Shown: positions 34,750 to 47,770, counted from the first letter of the whole stretch. The stretch: DNA of 63,711 bases, filler included, from Octopus bimaculoides (GCF_001194135.2; 3 parts of 3 records of this genome joined end to end with filler, not necessarily neighbours in it); one strand, 5' to 3'. Translations and numbers: made by a program. Notes: a model not told the origin generated them from the sequence alone.

Positions 34750-35048
34750 ACTTTCGTAATCACCATTAGACTCATCCAACTCTTTCCGAATCCTCTGCCC
34801 TGTCCTCAGATTCACACCCAAACACTCTGAAATATTCATATTGGAGCTTCCAGCATGAATGCCAAGCAGTACATCATGTCCTTTCCAAATTTCTGGCAGA
34901 GTGAATTGCGTCATGGTGCTGCTTTTCTCACAGATAGTGCCCAACTGACGCTACTATACTGTGTAGTTGACAAAATCAAAAACAAACAATGCGCATGTGC
35001 GAAAACAAAATATATAAAATGGCAACAATTTACCCATCACACCCTGTA
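34750..35048 (-). mobile_element. 5' fragment of a Tc1/mariner-superfamily (maT/DD37D-like) transposon
   Basis: Minus strand begins TA-CAGGGTGTGATGGG. HTH peptide MTQFTLPEIWKGHDVLLGIHAGSSNMNISECLGVNLRTGQRIRKELDESNGDYES. The subfamily call is tentative because no catalytic domain is present. Confidence 0.7.
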
Positions 35049-35478
35049 GTTCCAATTAACAGTAAACAAGTAATTAAGAAATTGCCAAGTTCAGGGCTCA
35101 ACTGAGTCTACTAATCTACCACATTTGTTTTCATTAATTTTCTAATGGCATAAATACCTGGTGAGTTGAATGCCGTGTCCCCAATGAAAACTAGTTTTTA
35201 TTTCACCTGTAATGATAAAATATGTTTTTGGTTGATAGAACAAAAATCTGTGCCAAGTTCTCATACAAAAAATATTTTATCAACTGTTAACAAAAAAAGT
35301 GTTGTCATAACGATGGTGACAGAAAAAAAATATTCCCATCAAGTGAACCATTTCATGTGTGTCTCAGAGGAGTGGTATCTGTGTCAGCAATGATGGTAGA
35401 TCGTTAAAGTTGTAACCAGGTAATCAGGTGAGCAGTATAATTTCCAGCAGCAAGTTGACTCTAGCTGTTTCACAACCA

Positions 35479-35905
35479 GGTGGCTGTGTGGTAAAAAGCT
35501 TGCTTCCCAACCACATAGTTCTGGGTTCAGTCCCTCTGCGAGACATCTTGGGCAAGTGTCTTCTACTATAGCTTCTTTCAGTTTCCATCTACCAAATCCA
35601 CTTACAATGCTTTGGTCAGCCCGAGACTATAGTAAAAGTCACTTGCCCAAGGTGCCATGCAGTGGGACTGAACCTGGAACCATTTGGTTCGTAAGCAAGC
35701 TACTTACCACACAGCCTGGTTTCAAATTTTGGCACCAAGCCAGTAATTTCAGGGGATGGGATAAGACGATTGTATCAACCCCAGTGCTTGACTGGGACTT
35801 ATTTTATTGATCCCAAACTCAACCTTAGTGGTATTTGAACTCAGAATGCAAAAACGGACGAAATGTTGCTAAGCCTTTTGCCTGCTAACGATTCTACCAT
35901 CTCAC
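35479..35905. mobile_element. Inverted SINE-B pair (35479-35572 +, 35573-35716 -) followed by SINE-A (35720-35905 -)
   Basis: The head and CORE-like segment is present in both orientations about 50 bp apart. Confidence 0.88.
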
Positions 35906-36899
35906 TACCTTGTATAATAATTATATTGATAATAATTAAATTAAATATCATGTACTTTATTGTGCTTTGTAAAGTGTGTGAAGCCCCTGTCTATTGAAAA
36001 TTTGTTGTGCATGAGACTGGTCCTTGGTGCAAAAAAACAGTAGGAGACTGAAGCGAAGGAACAGAAGGCTCCTACACATTCAAAAGATGTCAATTGACAA
36101 TAAGCTTAAAGGACAGAATATCAGAGACCAGAGGAAAATAGGACGATGATAAATACACGCGCGCGCGCGCACATAGACATACGCATAAATACACAGTCAT
36201 ATCCATATATACACACACGCATTCACATAAACACAGATACACACATCCAAAATCACACACTCACATATACATACACACACACAAGCACCTACATGCACTC
36301 ACATGAACACACTCTCACTTATGCATACATACACACACAGAGGAACAGACACAGAGATACAGCCATTCTTCCCACCCTCAGCTTCTCATATTTTCTCACC
36401 GTCTCTTCTTCACAATCAGAGCACACACACATACACACAAATATGTCAGATAAGTACTCTGCAGGGAATCGGCTTTCATTTCGCTCCCTTCCTTTTTTAA
36501 ATCTCATCCTCCCTTTCTTATTGTCCTCTATAAGTTCCCAGCACCTCTGTTGGCCGTGCCCCACTTCTCTCTCTTTCTCTCCCTCTTATTCTTCTTTTTT
36601 TTGTAACGGGACTAAAGAATGAAATATTTACGAACACAAAACATTTTCATAAGATCTTTTTTTTAACATTCTATATTTCTGACAAAAACCCTTTGTCAAA
36701 TTTTCTCGTTTTTTTACTTAGATTAGAAACAAACTTTCTTCTGATAAGAAAAAGAAAAAAAACACTCGCAAGGATATGAAAAATGAATCGTTTTTTATTT
36801 CTCATTGAATAAGAATAATTTTTCCCATTCTCTGTTCAGTGAGGGGTAAACTAAGATTAAAAGATAGAAAGGCTTGTGTTTTTAAAAGACTATTAGTAC

Positions 36900-37192
36900 A
36901 TCTAACATCGTCGTCGTCGTTTAAACATCTACAATTCCATGCTTGCATGGGTCAGACAGATGTCATTGAGGCAGATTTTCTAGTCAGATATCCTTCCTGT
37001 TTCCGTATAAGGTAAATATTTCCTCCAAGGTCAGACATGTTTTCGTGGAAGATTGGAAATGAAGGACACCATTTGCATGATGGTGATGTTTGTCTATAAC
37101 AATCGCATGAAGTCAAACCAAAGAGACAGCAACATACACACAGCCTTTCCATATCTGAACGTACACAAGCATATTAAATATGTTAAATTCTG

Positions 37193-37251
<59 letters not shown>

Positions 37252-37326
37252 ATCGATCGATCTATCTATCTTTCTATCGGTCGATCTATCTATCTATCTA
37301 TCTGTCTGTCTGTCTGTCTGTCTCTG

Positions 37327-37407
<81 letters not shown>

Positions 37408-37790
37408 AGGTGTGGATGCAAAACCTGGAATCAAAAGGCACTAAAGTTAACTTAGAAGAGACCAAAATTCTAGTAAGCAGGAAAACAGACAAACCACGAG
37501 TCCTTTCAAGAAAACGGCTTTGCTTTAATATGTCAACTTTGGCATCGCTTCTATGGTCGGATGCCCTTCCTAACGCCAACAACTTTTACAGAAAGTATTC
37601 AGTGCTTTTCTCATGCCATCAGCACTGGCGAAGTTGCCAAGTAAGTTTCAAAACCGAAAAAGAATGGGGAGAGGAAAAAGAAAAGCCTCCCACGCCTAAG
37701 TGGGGAATATTTGAGAAGGAAAGGTGGCTGTGGAAGGGAACTTATAAGGTTGATCTGAGTTTGTACTGTAAGCAATCCACATTTTGGGTA
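36900..37790. mobile_element. RTE-related cluster: tail variant (36900-37110), compound (TCTA)/(TCTG)/(TC) tract, RT C-terminal fragment (37405-37520 +), family D (37530-37790)
   Basis: QVWMQNLESKGTKVNLEETKILVSRK resembles the RTE WKxxLESKGLxVNxxKTKxLVS motif. Confidence 0.75.
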
Positions 37791-37849
37791 AGGCAAGTTG
37801 TTTCCGACGATACGAAAAATGAGACAACTAGAGACCATATCAACCTCTC

Positions 37850-37950
37850 AGTGCATTCGAAAAATTTAACAATTACATCATCGAAATCTTAAAGCTATGA
37901 GATAATGCATGATTAATTCAAAGCAATGTGAATAATTAAGCAGTAATTAA
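37850..37950 (-). mobile_element. Fragment of the piggyBac-like MITE at 49128-49336
   Basis: GATAATGCATGATTAATTCAAAG is the reverse complement of CTTTGAATTAATCATGC at about 49185. Confidence 0.65.
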
Positions 37951-40900
37951 CAAACACAGGAGGGAAAGAAAAGAAACGACGTAAGTTGAGGTATGTCTGT
38001 ATTTAACTCAGTAGCGAGAAGCGTATATAAAAGGTTCTTCCAAGGGAGACAATGAAGATATACTAAAACTGTAAGTTAGCTCCCTTACATTAATTGTCTC
38101 TTCTTTATTGGAAGCACTTTGGTTTGGTCGGAAATATTTTTAGAGAGGAAAACGTTGATCGTATATTAAAAACATCGCTAATTTCGGATTTGAAATTTAT
38201 GGTTTAATGTAACAAAATATGGAGAAATCTAACGTAGTTTAAGTGTTATATTTGGAGTGATTCCAGTACATTTATGATTTAAACTATTGATCATAAGGCA
38301 GCGACTTTGTCTTAATTGCTAAATTTAAGCAGCACATGCTTGCAATAAAGCTTTGCCAAGAAGACATGTGGCGGATGATGTATCTATTAATAGTTCTTAT
38401 TTAGCCCTAGGTCAACCTTGATAGACCAGTCGTGAGCAGCATGTTATTTTATATATAACAAGGACTATACTGTCCAGTGAATCATTTCTTTATTTGAGCT
38501 ACCCAGGTGTAATTTGAGGGAGATTTGGCTGCTATTCATGGACAAGGCAAGTCGAGCGACTGACAACGTCTCAAGACTGACCTTATGTCTCTCTCTTTAA
38601 TTAATAATAGATGTCGGCAGCGGAGACTGTGGCGTTGTGTTGTCCTACAGGATGATAGCATGCTCTTTTGATGAATGACTCACCATAATCGACAATTATT
38701 TAAGACCCTTATTATTCATTGATGTAGATATGTCTTTCAAAAAATATGTCTACCAATCTAAGCAGCTGATGACATCACTGTGGAGATGCTTGACAACAGG
38801 GTTTTTATATATTGTGTGTGTGTGTGTGTGTCTCTCAATTTCCTTGTCCTACCTGACACTCGCCATATTGGATTTATACACACACACATACATGTATATT
38901 CAGCCACACACACACACGTGTGTGAGTATATTTACTTTGTGTGTATGTGTGTATATATCATTCTGGCCTCGTTTGTATCTCACAGCGAAGACATGAAAGC
39001 GAGAAACTGAGGAGCTAGAAATGGAGTAATTCTTTACTTAATAGACAGGTTCTCCTGCTCGTTCTCTTCTTCACACACACACACACACACACACACGGAC
39101 ACGGACACGTGCGCGAGCACTTTCACACACGCATATAATATTTATGTATACACATTTAAACCGACTAATACACACACACATACATAATACATATATATTG
39201 AATGTATTTATATATATATATATATTATATATAATATATATATATGATTTTTTAAAGTAATCGTGTGTGGTATAACGAAAGAGGCGCACTCAATATATGG
39301 TGCCGAGTTTATATTGTATATATTATTTTTTATAAAGTAAGTATATATACATATATGCACACACACACACACGGACAAATATGCATGCGTACATTATATA
39401 GTGTGTGCTTTAGCAGTGAGGGATAAAGCCATGCTGGAGCCCCACCTTTCAAAGTAATTAAGTGGTGTGTAGTAGTAATATAGCTTTATGTACATCACAG
39501 AGAGAGAGAGAGGCAGACATACACACAAAGAAGCATATACACACACAGACACGCGCTAACACTCACATGAACCTCCATATACACATTGACACATTCGTTC
39601 AGACACTCACACACTAATACACACAGAAGGCACCCCACATGCACACATACGCACACGCACATAATATGTCCTGATAGAAAGAAAACCAGAACAAGCCTGG
39701 AATGAATTGTTGAAATCTGTTCAATAGCAGCAGCAGAGGCAGGCAGAAGGAGGGACTTGGTTTTAACTGAACAGGATCGTGTTTGTTATCTGCACAGCCA
39801 AACTTCAACAACAAAATATTAAAATCGGAAAGATATCAAATAACAACGGGAGAGAAACATTTATTTTTGTTTTAAATAAACATTGAGAAGAGTTGGAGAT
39901 TGATTGCTGATAATGAATTAAACGTTTCTGGTTTTGGCTTCATATACGTCTTCCACATTTTTTNNNNNNNNNNNNNNNNNNNNNNNNNNNNNNNNNNNNN
40001 NNNNNNNNNNNNNNNNNNNNNNNNNNNNNNNNNNNNNNNNNNNNNNNNNNNNNNNNNNNNNNNNNNNNNNNNNNNNNNNNNNNNNNNNNNNNNNNNNNNN
40101 NNNNNNNNNNNNNNNNNNNNNNNNNNNNNNNNNNNNNNNNNNNNNNNNNNNNNNNNNNNNNNNNNNNNNNNNNNNNNNNNNNNNNNNNNNNNNNNNNNNN
40201 NNNNNNNNNNNNNNNNNNNNNNNNNNNNNNNNNNNNNNNNNNNNNNNNNNNNNNNNNNNNNNNNNNNNNNNNNNNNNNNNNNNNNNNNNNNNNNNNNNNN
40301 NNNNNNNNNNNNNNNNNNNNNNNNNNNNNNNNNNNNNNNNNNNNNNNNNNNNNNNNNNNNNNNNNNNNNNNNNNNNNNNNNNNNNNNNNNNNNNNNNNNN
40401 NNNNNNNNNNNNNNNNNNNNNNNNNNNNNNNNNNNNNNNNNNNNNNNNNNNNNNNNNNNNNNNNNNNNNNNNNNNNNNNNNNNNNNNNNNNNNNNNNNNN
40501 NNNNNNNNNNNNNNNNNNNNNNNNNNNNNNNNNNNNNNNNNNNNNNNNNNNNNNNNNNNNNNNNNNNNNNNNNNNNNNNNNNNNNNNNNNNNNNNNNNNN
40601 NNNNNNNNNNNNNNNNNNNNNNNNNNNNNNNNNNNNNNNNNNNNNNNNNNNNNNNNNNNNNNNNNNAAAAAATATTCTTCCTTTTACTCGTTTATTTATT
40701 TTTTCTTTTATTGCTATTTTAGTTTTGCAAATTATATTCTCTCCCTGGTTTATGATTAATTAATAAAACAGTTTTAACATTGAAAAAATAAAAAGAAGGA
40801 AAAACTAACTTTAAAAAGAAATAGTCACGGGGAACCCCTCCTAAATTAGCATTTACAGATTTCTGTCATTCAATACAATCCGTGAAATATCGACAAAATC

Positions 40901-41439
40901 GAACGAATTAAGAAGCTGCTTAACAAGTGATTCACTTATTTATTGTCTGTGAAATTTCTACCGACGAACTTAGAACATAATGGCATGTGTTATTATAAAG
41001 TCAGAATGGCCATTATTGGAAACATTAAAGGAATTATTCGCTCGATCTGAGCCATAGGTTTGCTTAAACAGATATAATCTACAAGCTATAGCATCTTTTA
41101 AAAACTGATTTTATTAGAAAAAGTGCCTGAAATTGAGCAATATTTCATATTGCTATTTGTGAACTATAGCGTCGTTAGTAACAAACATTCAGCGGGACAA
41201 TAACTGGTCTATTGTATTACTGCTGCTCAGAGTAACAAGGAACGGACTAACTCGATGCAAAGAACTTTGTCAGTAAAAAGCACTGTAATTTTTTTTCATC
41301 TTCGATTTACTTGCTACACCTATTATTAATCGGCTGAAGCCATAATTATACCCGTGTGTGTTGTAGTAGCAGCGCTGTCCAAATGTGTGACTATTAACTT
41401 CTTTATGGGTCTCACAAAAGTTTTCATCTTCTTCCTCCT

Positions 41440-41830
41440 CCTCCTCATCATCATCATTACCATCATCAGTTAACGTCCACTTTTCCATGCTTGCATGGGT
41501 CAGACGGAATTTATTGAGGTAAATTTTCTACAACCGAATGCTCATCCTGTTGTCAACCCTTACCTATTTCCAGGCAAGTTAATATTTCCCCATGGCCAGA
41601 CTAGAAACGAAGGACCCTGCCTGTATGGCGGTGAAGCTCGTTTACAACCACCACATGCCGCCTAGATAAATAGACTCAAACATATATATATATAGGCGCA
41701 GCATGGCTGTGTGGTAAGAGGCTTGGTTACCAACCACATGGCTTCTGGTTCAGTCCCACTGCATGTCACCTTAGGCAAGTGTCTTCTGCTATGGATTTGG
41801 TAGACAGAAACTGAAAGAAGCTTGTTGTAT
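41440..41830. mobile_element. RTE tail variant (41440-41670) plus SINE-B (41695-41830 +)
   Basis: (CAT)n-TTAACGTCCACTTTTCCATGCTTGCATGGGTCAGACGG. SINE-B head GGCGCAGCATGGCTGTGTGG. Confidence 0.8.
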
Positions 41831-41942
41831 ATATATATATATATATAAAACTTAGATTGGTTTTGGCCATTATCGGCCCAGGCCATGACTTACTCAGTAG
41901 CACCACCTGGAAAAGTCTTTTAGTTAATTATTTCGGGACACC

Positions 41943-42109
41943 ATGGACCACTCAAGCAGAGAGTTGTTGGTTGAGACGTATCCAGGTGTAGGTGGTTTAT
42001 CCAGTATTTCCTGGAGGAATTTGTCCAGGTACCGTTTGAAAGTTGTGGGATCCTTTTCTACTTTAATCTCTTTCAGGATAACATTGAAAAGTGCAGGACC
42101 ATTTGCAGT
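41943..42109 (-). pseudogene. 3' end of a CR1/L2-group LINE ORF2
   Basis: GPALFNVILKEIKVEKDPTTFKRYLDKFLQEILDKPPTPGYVSTNNSLLEW fits the GPxLFN...FKxxLDKFL..xPD.P...NSL C-terminal motif. The rest is lost in a gap. Confidence 0.8.
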
Positions 42110-42529
42110 NNNNNNNNNNNNNNNNNNNNNNNNNNNNNNNNNNNNNNNNNNNNNNNNNNNNNNNNNNNNNNNNNNNNNNNNNNNNNNNNNNNNNNNNNNN
42201 NNNNNNNNNNNNNNNNNNNNNNNNNNNNNNNNNNNNNNNNNNNNNNNNNNNNNNNNNNNNNNNNNNNNNNNNNNNNNNNNNNNNNNNNNNNNNNNNNNNN
42301 NNNNNNNNNNNNNNNNNNNNNNNNNNNNNNNNNNNNNNNNNNNNNNNNNNNNNNNNNNNNNNNNNNNNNNNNNNNNNNNNNNNNNNNNNNNNNNNNNNNN
42401 NNNNNNNNNNNNNNNNNNNNNNNNNNNNNNNNNNNNNNNNNNNNNNNNNNNNNNNNNNNNNNNNNNNNNNNNNNNNNNNNNNNGGGGCCTAGCGAATGTG
42501 GAGAAAAGGATGATGGATATATATATATA

Positions 42530-43095
42530 TATCTGTGTGTGTGTTTGTCCCCCCCCACCATCACTTGACAACCGATGTTGATGTGTTTATGTCCCCATAA
42601 CTTAGCAGTTCGGCAAAAGAAACCAATAGTATAATTACAAAGAATAAGGCCAGGTGTTGATTTGTTCGACTAAAGGTGGTGCCCCAGCATGGCCACAGTC
42701 AAATGACTGAAACAAGTAAAAGAATAAAAGAAAGACAAATATCTGCATGACTGATTTCTTCCAGTTTCCCGCTACCAAATGGCACGTGGCTCAGAGGTTA
42801 GTGCATTCGGCTAATGATTGAACAGTCGTGGGTTCAATTCCTAGAGGTGTATTATGTCTTTGAGTAAGATGCTTTATCATTTTATCTCATGTTGCTCCAC
42901 TCAACTGGCAAAAATGAGTTATATCTGTAATTCAAAGGGTTGGCCTTGTTACATTTTGTATCACACTGAATCTTCCCTGAGAACTATGTTATGGGTTTGC
43001 GTGACTGTGGAGTACTCAGCCACTTGTATTTTAATTTCACAAGCAGGCTGTTCTGTTGATCAGATCCACAGGAACCCTTGTAGCTGTAACTAACA
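42530..43095 (+). mobile_element. SINE-B tail (42530-42730) and SINE-C (42780-43095)
   Basis: SINE-C head TGGCTCAGAGGTTAG...GGGTTCAATTCC (A and B boxes). The body is homologous to 51072-51380. Confidence 0.85.
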
Positions 43096-43157
43096 AAATT
43101 CCAATTATCTATCTACCAGATCCATTTACAAGGCTTTGGTCAGCCTGTGGTTATAGC

Positions 43158-43324
43158 CAGGGCTGGCCCCAGGGTTGCTGGCACCCTGGGCAAGCCAGAC
43201 TCCAATGTGTACAAGCTGACGATTGTGGAAATTTCTTTGTCTTTGTCATGCCCCTCTTTGGTGCCCCTTAGCACATGGTGCTCTGGGTGACTACCCGGGT
43301 TGCCAGTAACTTGAGTGAGCCCTG
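43158..43324. mobile_element. hAT-like MITE inserted into a minus-strand SINE-B
   Basis: Termini CAGGGCT.../...AGCCCTG. The 8-bp flanks GTTATAGC and GCTATAGT match at 6 of 8. SINE-B sequence is continuous across the site. Confidence 0.75.
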
Positions 43325-43383
43325 GCTATAGTAGAAGCGACTTGTGCAAGGTGCCATGCAGTAAAACTGAACTCAATGTACAC

Positions 43384-43418
<35 letters not shown>

Positions 43419-44069
43419 CACATACATACATACATACATGCATGCATGCGTACATCACATATATACAAGGGGCTTCTTTCAGTTTCCATCAACCAAATCC
43501 ACTCACAAGGCTTTCATCAGCCTCGAGTTATAGTAAAAGACACTTGCCCAAGGTTCCACACAGTGGAACTGAACCTGAAACCAGGTGATTGGGCAGCAAG
43601 CTCCATAACCACACAACCACACCTGCACCATTCTCATGACTACGATTTTAAAAAAAGGAAGGACACCTTAGCTAATGCAGTCTGGATTGCATCACGCCTG
43701 AATACAGGTGAGATATTCATGACTAAATTAAGTCTGTGCAGTCACGGTTGGTTGGATCTAAACAGCAACAACAACAAAAGGTTTGTCTCTGCATGTAAAG
43801 GGAAGGTTTATATGAAGCATGCATGAAAAGAACAATGCTACATGGTATTAAGACATGGCGAGCGAATTTAGTAGTTTCTCTGCAAATGCTTTAGAGAAAA
43901 CGTATTTATATTAGATGAATGTCAAAGCACAAATGAGCTGAAAGAGAATGGTTGAATGGCAAAAATATCATCAGCTAATGGTTCGCAGGAAGCAACAGTA
44001 GCAGAAATAACTGCCTTGGTAGGAAGACATAATGATGTGGAGGATGAACAATGTATGTTAAGTGAAAAT

Positions 44070-44370
44070 CATCATCACCATCATCGTCGTCGTCATCGTC
44101 GTTCAACGTCTGCTTTCCATGCTGGCATGGGTTGGACGGTTCAACTGGGGTCTGGGAAACCAGGAGGCCGCACCAGGCTCCAATCTGATCTGGCAGTGTT
44201 TCTACAGCTGGATGCCCTTCCTAATGTCAACCACTCCGAGAGTGTGGTGGGTGCTTTTTACGTGCTACCAGCATGGGAGCCAGTCAGGTGGGACTGGCAT
44301 CAGCCACGTTTGGATGGTGCTTTTTACGTGCCACTGTGGCAGGGGGGCTGGCATCGAACAAATTTGGATG
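44070..44370 (-). mobile_element. RTE tail, family D
   Basis: (CAT)n-CGTTCAACGTCTGCTTTCCATGCTGGCATGGGTTGGACGG...GGATGCCCTTCCTAATGTCAACCAC. Confidence 0.85.
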
Positions 44371-44649
44371 TGTGTGAACAGACAACTAGAGTCATGGCCA
44401 CAAGCAGGCAGCCATTAGAGACCAAATGGCCAGAGGAAAAAAGAAAGTTACTATCAGAGACTATGCAAGACAACTTCCTTCGACTTTCTCACTTTCACTA
44501 ACTCACTTTCTTTTCTTTGTAACATTACCATATCTCTCACTATATATCCTACTATGAGATCGTGTACACACATATACAGGCCGAAATTAACTCTTTTTAC
44601 CTTGCATGCTTTACGAACTAGCCTACTCGTTGTGGTATGGTGTATATCT

Positions 44650-46015
44650 TTATGTTCTGAGTTCAAATTTCGCTGATGTCGACTTTGCCTTTCATCCTTT
44701 TGGGGTCGATAAATGAAGTATCAGTTGCATACTGAGGTTGATCTAATCGACTCCCCCCTCCCCACAAATTTTGGGTCTTGTACCTAGAGTAGAAAAGAAA
44801 AGAATACATACATATGTAGTAGGCAGGTGGGTGTGCTTACATTGGCAGGTGAGTGGAGTGAGTTAAGGTATGAAAGCAGGCAGGGAAGGTAACAAAGCCG
44901 CATCTGCTGTTAATCAATTAATGCAAGAAAATGGCACACCTGATGACAGGTGTGGCAGTCTGATTGCCAAATGTGAAGAGAAGGAAGAGCATGCATTTGA
45001 GAGGAGCAATTGCAAATGTGGATCAAATTGCTGGATCAGGTTATGAAGGTTATAGAAAATGTTATTGAATAATTGATTAACAGAATTAATTTGCTCAAAT
45101 GAAATGTCTGTGAGGAGAACGGATGCTGGTTATTTGGTTCTTACGATCAAATCTGTTTTAGATTTCAGATTTGGAAGCAAAAACTTAGAATTGAGAGGCT
45201 GCAAAGTTAGAATTAGCAGAGACTTTAATAGATAAGGTGCAGGCTTGGCCGTGTGGTAAGAAGTTTGCTTACCAACCACATGGTTCCGGGTTCAGTCCCA
45301 CTCTCTGGAACCTTGGACAAGTGTCTTTTACTAAAACCTTGGGCCGACCAAAGTCTTGTGAGTAGATTTGGTAGGCAGAAACTGAAAGAAGCCTATCGTA
45401 TTTGTATGTGTGTGTTTGTGTCTCTGTTTGTCCCCCACACCTCTTGACAACTGATGTTGGTGTATTCTTTTACCTGTCACAGTCATTTGACTGCAGCCAT
45501 GCTGGAGCACCTCCTTTAGTTGGACAAATCGACCCCAGGACTTATTCTTTGTAAGCCTAGTACTTATTCTATCGGCCTCATTTGCCAAACCACTAAGTTA
45601 CGGGGATGTGAACACATCAGCATTGGTTGTTAAGCGATGGTAGGGTGGCAACTATACACACACACAAATACACACACACACACACTCACACACACATACA
45701 CATGATGGGCTTCTCTCAGTTTTCGTTTACCAAATCCACTCACAAGGTTTTGGTCGGCCTGAGGCTATAGTAGAAGTCATTTGCCCAAGGTGCCACACAG
45801 TGGGACTGAACTTGGAACCAAATGGTTGGTAAGTAAGCTACTTACCACACAGCCACACATCCCCATAACTTAGCGGTTTGGCAAAAGGGAATGATAGAAT
45901 AAGTACCAAGCTTTAAAAAATAAGTACCGGGTTGATTCATTTGACTAAAAATAAGATTTCTTCAAGGTGATGCCCCAGTATGGCCACAGTCAAGTGACTG
46001 AACCAAGTAAAAGAT
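44650..46015. mobile_element. SINE-A (44650-44800 +); SINE-B (+, 45235-45460 and 45857-46015) interrupted by an antisense full SINE-B (45465-45856)
   Basis: The + copy breaks after GTTGGTGTAT and resumes at ATCCCCATAACTTAGCGG. Confidence 0.85.
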
Positions 46016-46350
46016 GAACGATAAAAAGGATAGAACCATCCTGACCACTGAGGAGCATTTTGACCATTCTGATTTGCAAAATAGTGCAGGTAAAACTTCC
46101 ATGGTTTGTACCTGTTGTAAGCTCTGGATACACAGGAAATATAGAAGGGTCAGAAGGGGACAGTCAGGAAAGGTAGACTTTTGTAATGTGTCAGGTGCAC
46201 AGGAGTAGGGAGTGGCAAGAATATCATCATCTTAATCTTTCTGACAATCAACATGAATTTGTAGGCCCCTTCTTTTCTTTCTTTCTAGTCCCTATAAATC
46301 TTGTTTAGGGCCAAATCATATAAAAAAAAAACAAAAAAAATTTTAATGCA

Positions 46351-46478
46351 TAAATGACAATCTGGTAATGCTAGGGTTTTCAGAAAAAGAAATCAACCAT
46401 CAAATTTTCAGATTGCAAATACAATCTGTAAGTGGAACAGTCAAAATATGCAAGACTTTTCTCAAGTTTAAAATGTGA
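46351..46478 (+). pseudogene. C-terminal end of a restriction-like-endonuclease (R4/Dong-type) non-LTR ORF
   Basis: NDNLVMLGFSEKEINHQIFRLQIQSVSGTVKICKTFLKFKM*, homologous to the end of 59860-60215. Confidence 0.7.
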
Positions 46479-46569
46479 ATTTGTTTTTATTTACTTACGA
46501 ATAATGGAGTTTTGTATCTTTGTTAGAAACCAGTTCCTTCCTTACAGGAAGACTTCGAACAATTAAAAC

Positions 46570-46619
46570 TGAAGAGGACATACATATACACATACACATA
46601 TAGATCTGTATAAATACAG

Positions 46620-46660
<41 letters not shown>

Positions 46661-47493
46661 TGCATATATATAAGAGACAATGAAAGATTACATATATATA
46701 TATATATATATACTTGCATATGTGTGGGTATATATATGTATGTATGTATGTACATGCATATATATCCATATATATTTGTACATGCATACATACATATTTA
46801 TAAAAAAAGAAATCTTGAAACAAAACTGAATAATGATATACAAGCATACATACATACATACATAATACATACATGCATGCATGCATACATGCATACACAT
46901 ACATACATACATACATACATACACATATATACACACATACATATGCACATACATATATACATACATTCACACACATACATACATACATACATACATACAT
47001 ACATACACACACATACATATGCACATACATACATATAAACACATGCATATATACATACATACATATGCACATACATACATACATATACACATACACTCAG
47101 GCACACACACAGACCTGCTCTGGCCAAACAACAAATGCCTCCCTCCAATATTTATCTATTTAACAAACTGATGCATTCCCAAATATCAAACAATGTAAAC
47201 TCATTAGCATTTCATTAATTATTATTTGTTTATTTTCTTTATTGCTATCAGGCACCATTTTTAATTATCCATTATTTGAAATTTTCAATCAATTTCAATT
47301 AACTGTAATTCAAAAATAAATTCCAAAATCTCTTTGTGACTGAAGAAAAATTCAATAATTTAATTTTGCTTTGGATTATTGTTGTTGCTGCTGTTGTTGT
47401 TGTTCACTAAATTTGAAGATGTTAAACTCTGTAACATGAGCAGTTTATGTAAGGTTATCTTGGCAAATAAAAATCACACAACACCATCATAAC

Positions 47494-47525
<32 letters not shown>

Positions 47526-47770
47526 GTTGTTCTTCTTCTTCTTCTTCTTCATCATAATCATCAATCAATAATCATAATCAGCATCAATCAATCATCATCA
47601 CCACCAATCCTCCTCCTCCTCCTCCTCATCATCATCATCATCATCAATCACCACCAATCACCACCAACCACCATCAATCACCACCAATCACCATCAATCA
47701 CCACCAATCATCATCAATCACCACCACTCACCACCAATAATTATCAATCATCAATCACCATCATCATTAT
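46570..47770. repeat. (CA)n/(TACA)n tracts (46570-47105) and a (GTT)-(CTT)-(CAT)-(CCT) mosaic grading into a 10-bp ATCACCACCA minisatellite (47640-47760)
   Basis: Read directly. Confidence 0.95.

Larger units (their letters stand above)
43660..46200 (+). pseudogene. Dispersed RTE-clade ORF fragments (43660-43960, 44890-45140, 46085-46200)
   Basis: KGR..YEACM..TMLHGIKTW; TPDDRCGSLIAKC..K..AFERSN..IKLLDQVMKVIE; SMVCTCCKLWIHRK (RTE Cys-rich insert). All are frameshifted. Confidence 0.7.

Noticed and set aside
38764-38795. CTGATGA followed by a CATC/GATG hairpin
   Set aside because: There is no GAAA after the stem, so it is not a hammerhead.
39690-39830. Exon- or UTR-like stretch (..KPEQAWNELLKSVQ*QQQRQ..)
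   Set aside because: Stops occur in all + frames and the minus ORF is unrecognisable.
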